A stretch of DNA of 32,000 nucleotides from the NCBI GenBank assembly GCA_963675515.1, contig OY776328.1, positions 480,001-512,000 of the forward strand. Direction: 5' to 3'. This DNA is from Coprobacillaceae bacterium. GTDB lineage: Bacteria > Bacillota_I > Bacilli_A > Erysipelotrichales > Coprobacillaceae. The translations under genes were made by a program, and so were the position numbers. Under the pieces are notes generated by a model. The model ran no database searches. It had not been told where the DNA came from and saw nothing but the letters and a program-made list of their open reading frames with translations. Shown here one piece after another: positions 9,954-21,830 of this stretch (position 1 is its first letter; the number at the start of each line of letters is the position of its first letter).

Positions 9954-11378
9954 ATGAATGAACCGTTGAGATTGAAGTGGCATTCACTGTACGGACAAAT
10001 ACTCCAGGACAGGAAAATACTAGAAGCATGGAAACAGGTTAAAGCTAATCATGGAAGTGGTGGAATTGATGGGATAACCATTGAGCGATTCATGCAACAT
10101 GAACAAGACAACCTGGACAAGCTGTTAGATGAACTGAAATTGAAGGGATATAGACCAACCCCTGTAAGGCGAGTATATATACCTAAGAAAAACGGAAAGA
10201 AAAGACCATTGGGAATACCAATAGTCAAGGATCGGATAGTTCAGCAGGTGTTGTACAATATTCTTTCCCCAAAATATGAGGATGGAATATTTCATCCTCG
10301 TTCAGTTGGGTATCGGCCGAAACGTGGTGTCGATACTGCGATGCAAATTATCATCAAGAACGTAGAGGAAGGAAATAACTGGATATACGATTGTGATATC
10401 AAAGGATTCTTTGACAACATTCCCCACAAGAAGTTGATGAAGGTGTTGAACAAATGTATCGCCGACGGTACTGTTCTTGACTTGATTTGGTCATGGTTAA
10501 AAGCTGGTTACATGGAAGATGGAAAGCATATGCAAAGTAGAAGTGGAACCCCGCAGGGCGGGGTCATTTCACCACTACTGTCTAACATCTACCTAAATGA
10601 ACTGGATTGGAAGCTCAGCGAATCTAACATTGAATTCGTGCGTTATGCCGATGATTTTCTCCTGTTTGCGAAAACAGAAGAAGAAATCGAAAGAGCTGGT
10701 AAAATCGCCAAAGAAGTACTACATTCGTTAGGACTTGAGATGGCTATGGATAAAACCAAAGTGGTGGACTTTAAAAATGATGATTTCACATTTCTTGGAT
10801 TTGACTTCAAGCACTGGAGGAAAAACAAGAGGGGTAATGATTACTATTTCATAGTTCCCACAGACAAATCACTCAAAGATTTCAAAAAGAAAATCAAGGA
10901 CAAGACGCAAAGAAAGTGGACTTTTTCCCAAGATAAATGGGTAGCCATGCTTAATCCGATTATAGTTGGTAAAGTAAATTACTATCTCAATGTCTATAAG
11001 GCGTTGACAATATTCAAAAAGCATAACATCAAAACCCATTGTAATATCAAAATAATGGGTGGGATGCTCAATAGAATCGATCAGTATATTCGCCAAAGAT
11101 TGAGAATGTGCATGTTGCATAAACATCCGACAATCAGGAAAGCGTTTGGAATGACGGTCAAATGGAATATTGCATTCTTTGCGATGATTGGCTTGAAGCC
11201 TGCAAACTGGCATTATTTCAATACCATGTATGGATATCCCATTGAGCTGTATGTAAAAAGACAGCAATATGGCAACAAGATAGAACATGCGAAAAGGAAA
11301 GACCGTGATAGGAAAAACGGCATGAATAGGTACTCGAAAGAGAGAAATAAGAAAATAGCCTACTCGTTTAGCAAGTAG
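9954..11378 (+). CDS. Group II intron reverse transcriptase/maturase (no HNH endonuclease domain)
   Basis: RT motifs are present: GGIDGITIERF (RT0/1), RRVYIPKKNGKKRPLGIPIVKDRIVQQ, FHPRSVGYRPKRG, CDIKGFFDNIPH, GTPQGGVISPLLSNIYLNELD, YADDFLLFA (RT5) and FLGFDF. The X/thumb domain is LNPIIVGKVNYY. The C-terminal tail has no CxxC/HNH signature. Confidence 0.93.
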   Translation: MNEPLRLKWHSLYGQILQDRKILEAWKQVKANHGSGGIDGITIERFMQHEQDNLDKLLDELKLKGYRPTPVRRVYIPKKNGKKRPLGIPIVKDRIVQQVLYNILSPKYEDGIFHPRSVGYRPKRGVDTAMQIIIKNVEEGNNWIYDCDIKGFFDNIPHKKLMKVLNKCIADGTVLDLIWSWLKAGYMEDGKHMQSRSGTPQGGVISPLLSNIYLNELDWKLSESNIEFVRYADDFLLFAKTEEEIERAGKIAKEVLHSLGLEMAMDKTKVVDFKNDDFTFLGFDFKHWRKNKRGNDYYFIVPTDKSLKDFKKKIKDKTQRKWTFSQDKWVAMLNPIIVGKVNYYLNVYKALTIFKKHNIKTHCNIKIMGGMLNRIDQYIRQRLRMCMLHKHPTIRKAFGMTVKWNIAFFAMIGLKPANWHYFNTMYGYPIELYVKRQQYGNKIEHAKRKDRDRKNGMNRYSKERNKKIAYSFSK

Positions 11379-11416
11379 ACTACAATCATTCGTAAAATCA
11401 AATTCAGTAAATTGGT

Positions 11417-11483
11417 AAGCTGTATGCGTTAATAATGCATGTGCAGTTTGATAAGGGGCTAGCTTGGAAACAAGTTAGCCTAC
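11417..11483 (+). ncRNA. Group II intron domain V (about 11417-11449) and domain VI (about 11456-11481)
   Basis: Domain V is AAGCUGUAU-GCGUU..AAUGC-AU-GUGCAGUUU. It has the AGC catalytic triad near the helix base and a 2-nt bulge. Domain VI is the helix GGGCUAGCUU-GGAAAC-AAGUUAGCCU, followed by AC. Confidence 0.6.
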
Positions 11484-11526
11484 TTTCTTGACTCCTTTTT
11501 TCTTTGAATCGCTGCCGACAATCGCG

Positions 11527-12195
11527 CTAGTTCTTATTTGATTTCCTGACAGGGTGGCGAATGACTGTTTTAAGCTTCTCTGGATCCGTCTTGCGAAAAT
11601 CATTGAGGTATATCTCATGGTGGCGGAGCACCTTGCCATCAGCCGACATTTCACCAATTGCGTTTTCATAGCCGTTGGCTAGGGCGTACTGGTCTATCAA
11701 TTTTACCGTTTGCGCTTCATTGTCGTAGGGACCGATATGCATCATTTGCACACATTCGCCCTCATGGTATTCAAACAGGCTTGCTTTGCCAAGGTCAAGT
11801 TCCGGTTTTTTGCTTCCCAGTTTGATTTTTGCCCATTCCAATACCTCGGGCGTCACAAATTCCGGCTGGCGAATCATTGCCTGCCAGATCAGCTTTTCCT
11901 TCCGGTCAGTACTGAATTCCTGGTCTTGGTCGGTCCACCACAATCCCTCCAATGGAGCGACGACGTATTCGAAATATCCATCCGGAGCCTCGCCGCTTTT
12001 ATCGCTCATACTGATTGTGTATGAGAGTCCGTATAGGATTTCAATTGCTTTGGCAAATTCCCCGTCAGCTTCGTTCGGGTCGCCCTTTCCTTCGACCATG
12101 ATGAAGTTGATCTTCTTTACATCAATCAGGGCAGGCTTTGCTTTTGGATTGTAAAGCTCTTTGTCTTCCTTTTTGAAATCGAATTTTCCAGCCAT
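11527..12195 (-). CDS. GyrI-like small-molecule-binding domain protein
   Basis: MAGKFDFKKEDKELYNPKAKPALIDVKKINFIMVEGKGDPN is the typical N-terminus of GyrI-like/SOUL-type proteins. The start is placed at the ATG with the RBS AGGAGA 7 nt upstream; the track start at 12216 lacks an RBS. Confidence 0.75.
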   Translation of the reverse strand: MAGKFDFKKEDKELYNPKAKPALIDVKKINFIMVEGKGDPNEADGEFAKAIEILYGLSYTISMSDKSGEAPDGYFEYVVAPLEGLWWTDQDQEFSTDRKEKLIWQAMIRQPEFVTPEVLEWAKIKLGSKKPELDLGKASLFEYHEGECVQMMHIGPYDNEAQTVKLIDQYALANGYENAIGEMSADGKVLRHHEIYLNDFRKTDPEKLKTVIRHPVRKSNKN

Positions 12196-12436
12196 TTGAT
12201 TGTCTCCTATTCTCATTTTGATTATTCCTATGGTTGAAGTTGTTCATGTCGAAGCAAGGTCATAGTTTAATATATCAAAGTCAAAAGCTTCATGGAATCA
12301 CCGAGGGACATAATAAAATTATTCAGGAAGCTTACGACAGTCAGTCCTTACAAATCATCCCCCGGCCTGGTCTGGCTGATGTTTAGGGTGCATCTCCGAA
12401 TAAAGCGATCATCCTGATGTTTGAAAATTTGACTTG

Positions 12437-12973
12437 TCAGGACGGATTTGATTTTCTCTTCTGGAATTCGCCAAACAGGATATTGGCAACATAGCCTGAC
12501 ATCCAGCCGATGGCAAATCCGCCGATGACGTCGCTGGGGAAATGGACGTATAGGTAAAGCCGGCTGAACCCAACAGCCAGGGTCAAAACCAGCGACCAGG
12601 GCCAATAGCGTCTTTTGCGAAAGTAAAGGCTGGAGGTCAGGGCCATGAAAATAGCCGAATGTCCGGATGGGAATGAAAAATCGCTTGGTGCTTCAACAAG
12701 CAAGATAACATCCCGATAGTTGAAGGGGCGGGCCCGGGCGATAAGCGGCTTCAATCCAAGGTTGACGATGACAAAGCAGACAAGCAATGCCAGCGCCAGC
12801 TGGATTCCGGTGTTCCTGGTCTTTTTCATTGAGATCAGGATCAGGGCGACAAGGATCGGGAATGCGCCCATGGCACCAAGGTGGGTAATCAGGGGCATTA
12901 TCTTATCGAACAGCGGGTTTTTGAAAATGGCCTGGATACGATCAAGCAGCTGGAGTTCCAATTGCAACATCAT
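12437..12973 (-). CDS. PAP2-family membrane phosphatase (undecaprenyl-/phosphatidate-phosphatase type)
   Basis: PAP2 motifs KPLIARARP, PSGHS and SRLYLYVHFPSDVIGG, with multiple transmembrane segments. The ATG overlaps the rarA TGA. Confidence 0.8.
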   Translation of the reverse strand: MMLQLELQLLDRIQAIFKNPLFDKIMPLITHLGAMGAFPILVALILISMKKTRNTGIQLALALLVCFVIVNLGLKPLIARARPFNYRDVILLVEAPSDFSFPSGHSAIFMALTSSLYFRKRRYWPWSLVLTLAVGFSRLYLYVHFPSDVIGGFAIGWMSGYVANILFGEFQKRKSNPS

Positions 12974-14235
12974 GATTTCTTCTTGAAGCGCCGGTTAAGA
13001 TTGACGATGTCATTGGTCCGGCCGTGGTTCAGGATGCGCTGATAGTTGTCTGCCAGCTTTTTTTCATAATCGCTCGTGATCCAGGGGATGTAAAACTGCT
13101 CGTTTTTCAAGTCATCAGGGAGATACTGGAGATATTCCCAGGTTCTTGGCAGGTCGTACGAATACTTTTCTTCTTCGCTAAGACCGACCGGGGTCAGCCG
13201 CAGATAGCGGGGAATCGGGCGGGTTTGGGAATTGATGATTGCCCGGGCCTGGTCGATTGACGCCTCGGCCGATTTTGATTTGGGCGACAGGGCCAGTTCG
13301 ATTACCGCACTTGCCAGGGGAATCCGGCCTTCGGGGAAGCCGATTATCTTGGCTGCCTGCAGGGCGGTCACGGTCCGGGCGCAAGCTTCGATGTTGCCAA
13401 GGCCCACATCCTCATAGGCGATGGTTATCAGCCGCCTCTCCAAAGACGGGAAGTCGCCTACCTCGATCAGCTTGGCAAGGTAGTACAGGGCACCGTTGAC
13501 ATCGCTGCCCCTTATCGACTTCTGGAAAGCCGACAGGGTATCATAGTAGTTGTCATCGTTGCGGTCGTATGCCGAGTTGGCTTTGGGAACAAGACTGACT
13601 ATGTCGTTTCTGGTGATTGTTGTCCCTTCGCAATTTATTGCTGCCAGTTCAAAGAGGTTGTAACTATAGCGGATATCCCCGCCACTCAGGGCGACCAGGG
13701 CGTCCAGGGCCTCGGGTTCGAAAGTGTACTCCTGCTCGAATGCGTGTTTCGCCGCATTTTCTATCCCCTCCTTGATGTCGGCGTCTGTCAAGGGTTCGAA
13801 TTTGATGATGTGCATCCTTGACCTGATGGCAGGATTGATGGCATGGTAAGGGTTGGCGGTCGTGCACCCGATGGCGATCAACAGGCCTGATTCGAGATGG
13901 GGCAGCAGGTTGTCCTGCTTGTCCTTGTTCAAACGGTGGATCTCATCGATGATGATGAAAAGGCTACCGGACATTTTCGCCTCTTCGATGATAATGTCCA
14001 TCTGCTTTTTGTTGCCGGTTGAAGCGTTGAAAACCCGGTATGGTATTTTCAGGTCGTTTGCCAGGGCGATGGCGCATGTCGTTTTGCCACATCCTGGAGG
14101 ACCGTAAAGGATGGTCGATAATGGCCGGTTTTTTTCGACGAATTTGGTGAATATCCCGTCGGGACCAACCACATGTTTTTGGCCGATTACCTGGGACAAG
14201 GTCTTGGGTCGCAGCCTTACTGCTAAAGGTTCCAT
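12970..14235 (-). CDS. rarA: Replication-associated recombination protein A (AAA+ ATPase RarA/MgsA)
   Basis: LAVRLRPKTLSQVIGQKHVVG, Walker A GPPGCGKTT, Walker B IIIDEIHR, and the C-terminal MgsA helical domain (YDTLSAFQKSIRGSDVNGALYYLA). Confidence 0.9.
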   Translation of the reverse strand: MEPLAVRLRPKTLSQVIGQKHVVGPDGIFTKFVEKNRPLSTILYGPPGCGKTTCAIALANDLKIPYRVFNASTGNKKQMDIIIEEAKMSGSLFIIIDEIHRLNKDKQDNLLPHLESGLLIAIGCTTANPYHAINPAIRSRMHIIKFEPLTDADIKEGIENAAKHAFEQEYTFEPEALDALVALSGGDIRYSYNLFELAAINCEGTTITRNDIVSLVPKANSAYDRNDDNYYDTLSAFQKSIRGSDVNGALYYLAKLIEVGDFPSLERRLITIAYEDVGLGNIEACARTVTALQAAKIIGFPEGRIPLASAVIELALSPKSKSAEASIDQARAIINSQTRPIPRYLRLTPVGLSEEEKYSYDLPRTWEYLQYLPDDLKNEQFYIPWITSDYEKKLADNYQRILNHGRTNDIVNLNRRFKKKS

Positions 14236-14300
14236 AAAATGCTCCTTTTCAAATGCTCAAATATTCCCTATAATTATATCAAAAAGTCGGAGGTAAATAA

Positions 14301-14747
14301 ATGAGAATAGTAGTGCAAAGAGTCAGTGAGGCCAAAGTGGCTGTTGAAAACGAGATAGTCGGGCAAATCGGGATGGGTTTCATGTGCCTGGTTGGATTCA
14401 ATCATGAAGACAATCAAGAGGTGGTCGACAAGCTGGTCAACAAGCTGGTCAACTTGCGGATTTTTGAGGACGATGATGAAAAACTCAATCTTTCTTTGAA
14501 AGATGTTGGAGGTGGCGTCCTTTCGATCTCGCAATTCACACTGTATGGGGATTGCAGGAAGGGGCGCCGGCCGTCGTTCATCGATGCGGCAAGACCGGAA
14601 AAAGCCAATCCGCTCTACGAATATTTCAACGACAAACTGCGAACGCTAGGCATTGTAGTACAGACCGGCGTGTTTGGAGCGATGATGGATGTGAGTCTGA
14701 CCAACAGTGGTCCCACAACGATAATCCTTGACAGCGATCAACTGTAA
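14301..14747 (+). CDS. dtd: D-aminoacyl-tRNA deacylase
   Basis: 148 aa. [28 protein letters not shown] and SLTNSGPTT(I) all match Dtd. RBS GGAGG upstream. Confidence 0.93.
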   Translation: MRIVVQRVSEAKVAVENEIVGQIGMGFMCLVGFNHEDNQEVVDKLVNKLVNLRIFEDDDEKLNLSLKDVGGGVLSISQFTLYGDCRKGRRPSFIDAARPEKANPLYEYFNDKLRTLGIVVQTGVFGAMMDVSLTNSGPTTIILDSDQL

Positions 14748-14775
14748 AAAGCCTCTTTCTTGAGGCTTTTTACAG
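14742..14775. terminator. Bidirectional terminator shared by dtd and the M32 carboxypeptidase gene
   Basis: Perfect 14-bp stem CTGTAAAAAGCCTC / GAGGCTTTTTACAG with loop TTTCTT. The arms contain both stop codons: dtd TAA at 14745-14747, and the M32 stop at 14770-14772 on the minus strand. Confidence 0.8.
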
Positions 14776-16275
14776 TTGATACAGATTGGAATACTTATCT
14801 TTAAGGTAGTCGATGTAATGGTGCGGGTTGAACGGCTCTCCGGTTGCCAACTCAAGGATCTTGTCTGGCTGATACAAGGCACCATATTGGTGGATGTGTC
14901 CTTTAAGCCAGGCACTCAACTCCTTGGTCCTTTTGCCTGAAAGAATGGCATCGAGGTCGAGCTGTTCGAAAAGAACTTTGGCGATCTGGGCGGCATAAGC
15001 CGAACCGAGGGCGTAGGTCGGGAAATAACCGAATGTCCCGTCGCTCCAGTGGATATCCTGCAAAATTCCGGTAAGATCGTCGCTTGGATTGACCCCGAGG
15101 TGTTCCTGGTATTTCTTGGCCCAGACCTTGTCTAGTTCGGTGATATCAACAGTGCCATCGAATATCCCTTTTTCAATCTCGTAACGGATCAGTATATGGA
15201 TGGGATAAGTCAGCTCGTCAGCTTCGGTTCTTATAAGTGAAGGCTTGGCGGTGTTGATGGCCCGGTAGAATTCGGCCAGATCAAGCGTGTCTAGCTGGGG
15301 GGCCATGGCTTTTTGCAATTTGGGATAATTGACCCGCCAGAATCCAAGTGACCTTCCGATGTTGTTTTCAAACAGCCGCGACTGGGATTCGTGAACGGCC
15401 AGGGACAGGTCGGTTTTGATCGGAGTACCTTCGTATCTTGGATTGATCTGGTGTTCATAAGTGGCATGCCCGATTTCGTGGATCACGGAGAAGATTGCCG
15501 AGGTCAGATTTTCCGTATCGTAGGCGGTGGTAATCCGGACATCGTTGTTGTTGAGACTTGAGGTGAACGGATGGATTGATGTCGTAAGGTAGCCCCATGA
15601 TTTGTCGAAGTTCAGATATTTGGCCAGGTCGGTGACAAATTTTTCCTGCAGTTCTATCTTGAAAGTTTCTTTTTCAAGAATTGATGGTTCTTCTTGGGTC
15701 TTGATCTGGGTTATCTGCCTGATCAAAGGGACTAGCTCGCTCTTGATCAGGGAAAAGAATTTGTCATATTTTTCGATATCCATGCCTTCCTGGAAATCGT
15801 CAAGCATCAGATTGTACGGCTTGATGTCCGGGTTGCGGTAGGCGGCGAATTTTTTCTGGTAAGAGATCATCTTGATCAAAAAGGGTTCGAAAATGGCATA
15901 GTCGTTTTTGTCCCGGGCCTTTTGCCAGGCAATCTCGCTTTCGCCACACAACTGGACGTACTCGACATATTCATCTTTGGGGATGTTTTTCAAACGGTTG
16001 ATCTCTTTGGCTGTGAGTTCGATTGTTCTCTTTTTTTGGGCGCTGAGCCTGTCCTTGTTTTTCTCCAGGTCTTCGATTAGTTCCTGGTACTTGGGACTGG
16101 TGATGATCAGGAAATATTCGCCCGAGACAAGAGCGATCCTCTTGGATGCGAGTGGATGCCCCTTTTTTGGTGCGATAGTCGCCTTGTCGAACTGGGCAGT
16201 CTGGATCAGCTGGCTGTAGGCCGCCAATAATTCCTGTGTTGTTGAAAATTCCTTGTATTTCTGGTTTAGGTTCAT
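14770..16275 (-). CDS. M32-family metallocarboxypeptidase (Taq-type)
   Basis: HEIGHATYE zinc motif, IRTEADELTY, and DIHWSDGTFGYFPTYALGSAYAAQ. The start is set at MNLNQKY (ATG 16275) behind the RBS AAGGAAGG. The 63-codon upstream extension in the track (to 16464) runs through the rRNA promoter region. Confidence 0.9.
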   Translation of the reverse strand: MNLNQKYKEFSTTQELLAAYSQLIQTAQFDKATIAPKKGHPLASKRIALVSGEYFLIITSPKYQELIEDLEKNKDRLSAQKKRTIELTAKEINRLKNIPKDEYVEYVQLCGESEIAWQKARDKNDYAIFEPFLIKMISYQKKFAAYRNPDIKPYNLMLDDFQEGMDIEKYDKFFSLIKSELVPLIRQITQIKTQEEPSILEKETFKIELQEKFVTDLAKYLNFDKSWGYLTTSIHPFTSSLNNNDVRITTAYDTENLTSAIFSVIHEIGHATYEHQINPRYEGTPIKTDLSLAVHESQSRLFENNIGRSLGFWRVNYPKLQKAMAPQLDTLDLAEFYRAINTAKPSLIRTEADELTYPIHILIRYEIEKGIFDGTVDITELDKVWAKKYQEHLGVNPSDDLTGILQDIHWSDGTFGYFPTYALGSAYAAQIAKVLFEQLDLDAILSGKRTKELSAWLKGHIHQYGALYQPDKILELATGEPFNPHHYIDYLKDKYSNLYQL

Positions 16276-16406
16276 GGTGGTTCCTTCCTTATAATGTATT
16301 GACGTACGATACCTTATAAGACAAATATACCCAATTTTTCGAGCTGTGGCAAATCTCAACGCTTGAAACAGGAATAAAATTTTCAAAACAAATTGGCCAA
16401 AGTCCC

Positions 16407-16435
16407 TTGCCAAGAGGAAAGGGATGTGGTATATT
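16407..16435 (+). promoter_or_regulatory. Candidate rRNA operon promoter P1
   Basis: TTGCCA, a 17-nt spacer, then TATATT. Confidence 0.45.
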
Positions 16436-16498
16436 GATTGAGCGCCAAAAAGCAAACGGCGCATGATAGACAGCTGGATAAAAAAGTTGAAAAAGTTA

Positions 16499-16527
16499 TT
16501 GACTTAACAGTCCGGATGTTGTAAGAT
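16499..16527 (+). promoter_or_regulatory. Candidate rRNA operon promoter P2 with an A-rich UP-like element
   Basis: TTGACT, a 17-nt spacer, then TAAGAT, preceded by AAAAAGTTGAAAAAGTTA. Confidence 0.55.
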
Positions 16528-16552
16528 AATCAAGTCGACTCAAGACGAGTCA

Positions 16553-16578
16553 CAGTTCATTGAAAACTAAACAGAATT
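16553..16578 (+). promoter_or_regulatory. rRNA leader boxA-like element / 5' half of the 16S processing stem
   Basis: CAGTTCATTGAAAACTAAACAGAATT resembles the Bacillus rrn leader boxA (TTCTTTGAAAACTAAAC). It is complementary to 18230-18255 downstream of 16S. Confidence 0.55.
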
Positions 16579-16650
16579 AAAAACACAACGTCAATTATTC
16601 AATAAGAATAAAGATTTAAAAAGAGCTAAACAAACATTATTGTTTACATA

Positions 16651-18179
<1,529 letters not shown>

Positions 18180-18229
18180 AAGGAGAACCGTTCAACTTGT
18201 CGGTTGGACAAAAGCAAAAGTTGTGAAGA

Positions 18230-18255
18230 AATTCTGTTTAGTTTTGAGTGAACTG
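18230..18255 (+). other. 3' half of the 16S processing (RNase III-type) stem
   Basis: AATTCTGTTTAGTTTTGAGTGAACTG pairs with 16553-16578 with a few mismatches. Confidence 0.5.
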
Positions 18256-18270
18256 AGAGGTTACTCAAGA

Positions 18271-18298
18271 GATCATTGAAAACTGGATAATAATCGAA
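18271..18298 (+). promoter_or_regulatory. Spacer boxA-like element / 5' half of the 23S processing stem
   Basis: GATCATTGAAAACTGGATAATAATCGAA is complementary to 21365-21392 downstream of 23S. There is no tRNA in the 260-nt spacer. Confidence 0.5.
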
Positions 18299-18439
18299 AG
18301 ATAGAAAAGAGATCGAGGAAATGAAAATTTCCAAAATTATAACCAGATAGATTTAAAACAATTTATGTGGTCTTTCTAGAAAAAGTCGAAAAAAAACTAA
18401 GAAAAACTAAAACTAAAAAAGTTTAATCAAACACCAATA

Positions 18440-21339
<2,900 letters not shown>

Positions 21340-21364
21340 ATTGGACAAAGACAACAAACAACAA

Positions 21365-21392
21365 TTCGATTATTATCTAGTTTTGAGTGATC
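21365..21392 (+). other. 3' half of the 23S processing stem
   Basis: TTCGATTATTATCTAGTTTTGAGTGATC pairs with 18271-18298. Confidence 0.5.
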
Positions 21393-21409
21393 ACAAGAAA
21401 ACTCAACAA

Positions 21410-21517
21410 TCTGGTAACGATGGCATGATGGACACACCTGTTCCCATCCCGAACACAGAAGTTAAGCATCATAACGGCGACGATAGTGCAATGTGCGACA
21501 ATAGCAAGCTGCCAGTT
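21410..21517 (+). rRNA. rrf: 5S ribosomal RNA
   Basis: TCTGGTAACGATGGC...CCTGTTCCCATCCCGAACACAGAAGTTAAGC...GCAAGCTGCCAGT. The ends pair (CTGGTAAC / GCTGCCAG region). Length is about 108 nt. Confidence 0.93.
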
Positions 21518-21524
21518 TGAAATC

Positions 21525-21547
21525 AAGGACGTAAGTCCTTTTTTTTA
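21525..21547 (+). terminator. rRNA operon intrinsic terminator
   Basis: AAGGAC-GTAA-GTCCTT followed by T8. Confidence 0.8.
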
Positions 21548-21584
21548 TTGCCCGGAATCAGGGGCGAAAGAAAAGAACCGGCTT

Positions 21585-21755
21585 GGGCCGGTTCAAGGAA
21601 GAGAGTTTATATTATTTAGGGAGAGAGATAAGGTTCAATTACCTTACAAGACAAATATACCCCAGTAAGATGAACTCCATATTAACCTGCAACCGCAAAT
21701 TGTGTCTGATTATTGGGGATTTTGAATTGACAACAGCAAGATAATGCGCTATTAT
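21585..21755. repeat. 171-bp direct repeat, copy 1 (left flank of the IS)
   Basis: Identical to 23780-23950 at 169 of 171 positions, at an offset of 2195. The two mismatches are at 21652 and 21663. Confidence 0.95.
21727..21755 (+). promoter_or_regulatory. Duplicated consensus sigma-A promoter, orphan copy pointing into the IS
   Basis: TTGACA (21727-21732), a 17-nt spacer, then TATTAT (21750-21755). The repeat ends exactly at the last base of the -10 box. Confidence 0.6.
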
Positions 21756-21781
21756 CTCTCGTTTTACAGTTTAAAGACGTG

Positions 21782-21829
21782 GAAACAGGCAAAAGCCCCT
21801 ACAAATAAGGGGTTTCTGCCTGTTTTTTT
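21782..21829 (+). terminator. Long hairpin plus T7 run inside the IS left end
   Basis: GAAACAGGCAAAAGCCCCT-ACAAATA-AGGGGTTTCTGCCTGTTT, followed by TTTTTTT on the plus strand. The U-tract is much weaker on the minus strand, so it is better suited to stopping inward plus-strand transcription than transposase mRNA. Confidence 0.55.
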
Positions 21830-21830
21830 G

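Larger units (their letters stand above)
9310..11483 (+). mobile_element. Group II intron (ribozyme plus intron-encoded RT/maturase). The 5' end is firm; the 3' end is approximate.
   Basis: It starts with the canonical GTGCGAC at 9310. About 640 nt of ORF-free structured RNA precede the RT ORF. Domains V and VI follow the ORF. The 3' end is placed at ...CCTAC, uncertain by about 5 nt. Confidence 0.8.

Noticed and set aside
12217-12436. 220-bp gap between the GyrI-like and PAP2 genes, plus the ORF at 12348-12605, examined for small genes or structured RNA
   Set aside because: The gap holds only a tiny 11-codon ORF without an RBS. The 85-aa track ORF overlaps the PAP2 coding region out of frame. 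I could see no conserved-looking hairpins or riboswitch-like motifs.
14431-14457. Tandem 12-nt repeat (G/A)ACAAGCTGGTC x2 in dtd giving [10 protein letters not shown], a possible in-frame duplication
   Set aside because: The protein length (148 aa) and the spacing to the conserved LRIFED motif are normal for Dtd. It looks like a helix with a repetitive sequence rather than an insertion.
16276-16464. N-terminal extensions in the ORF track: M32 to 16464, PucR to 3904, SemiSWEET to 27919, FeoA from 30770, HK from 29638, GyrI-like to 12216, MutL from 6479
   Set aside because: In each case an internal ATG with a proper Shine-Dalgarno at 5-9 nt gives a protein whose N-terminus matches the family. 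The extensions cross promoters or intergenic signals.
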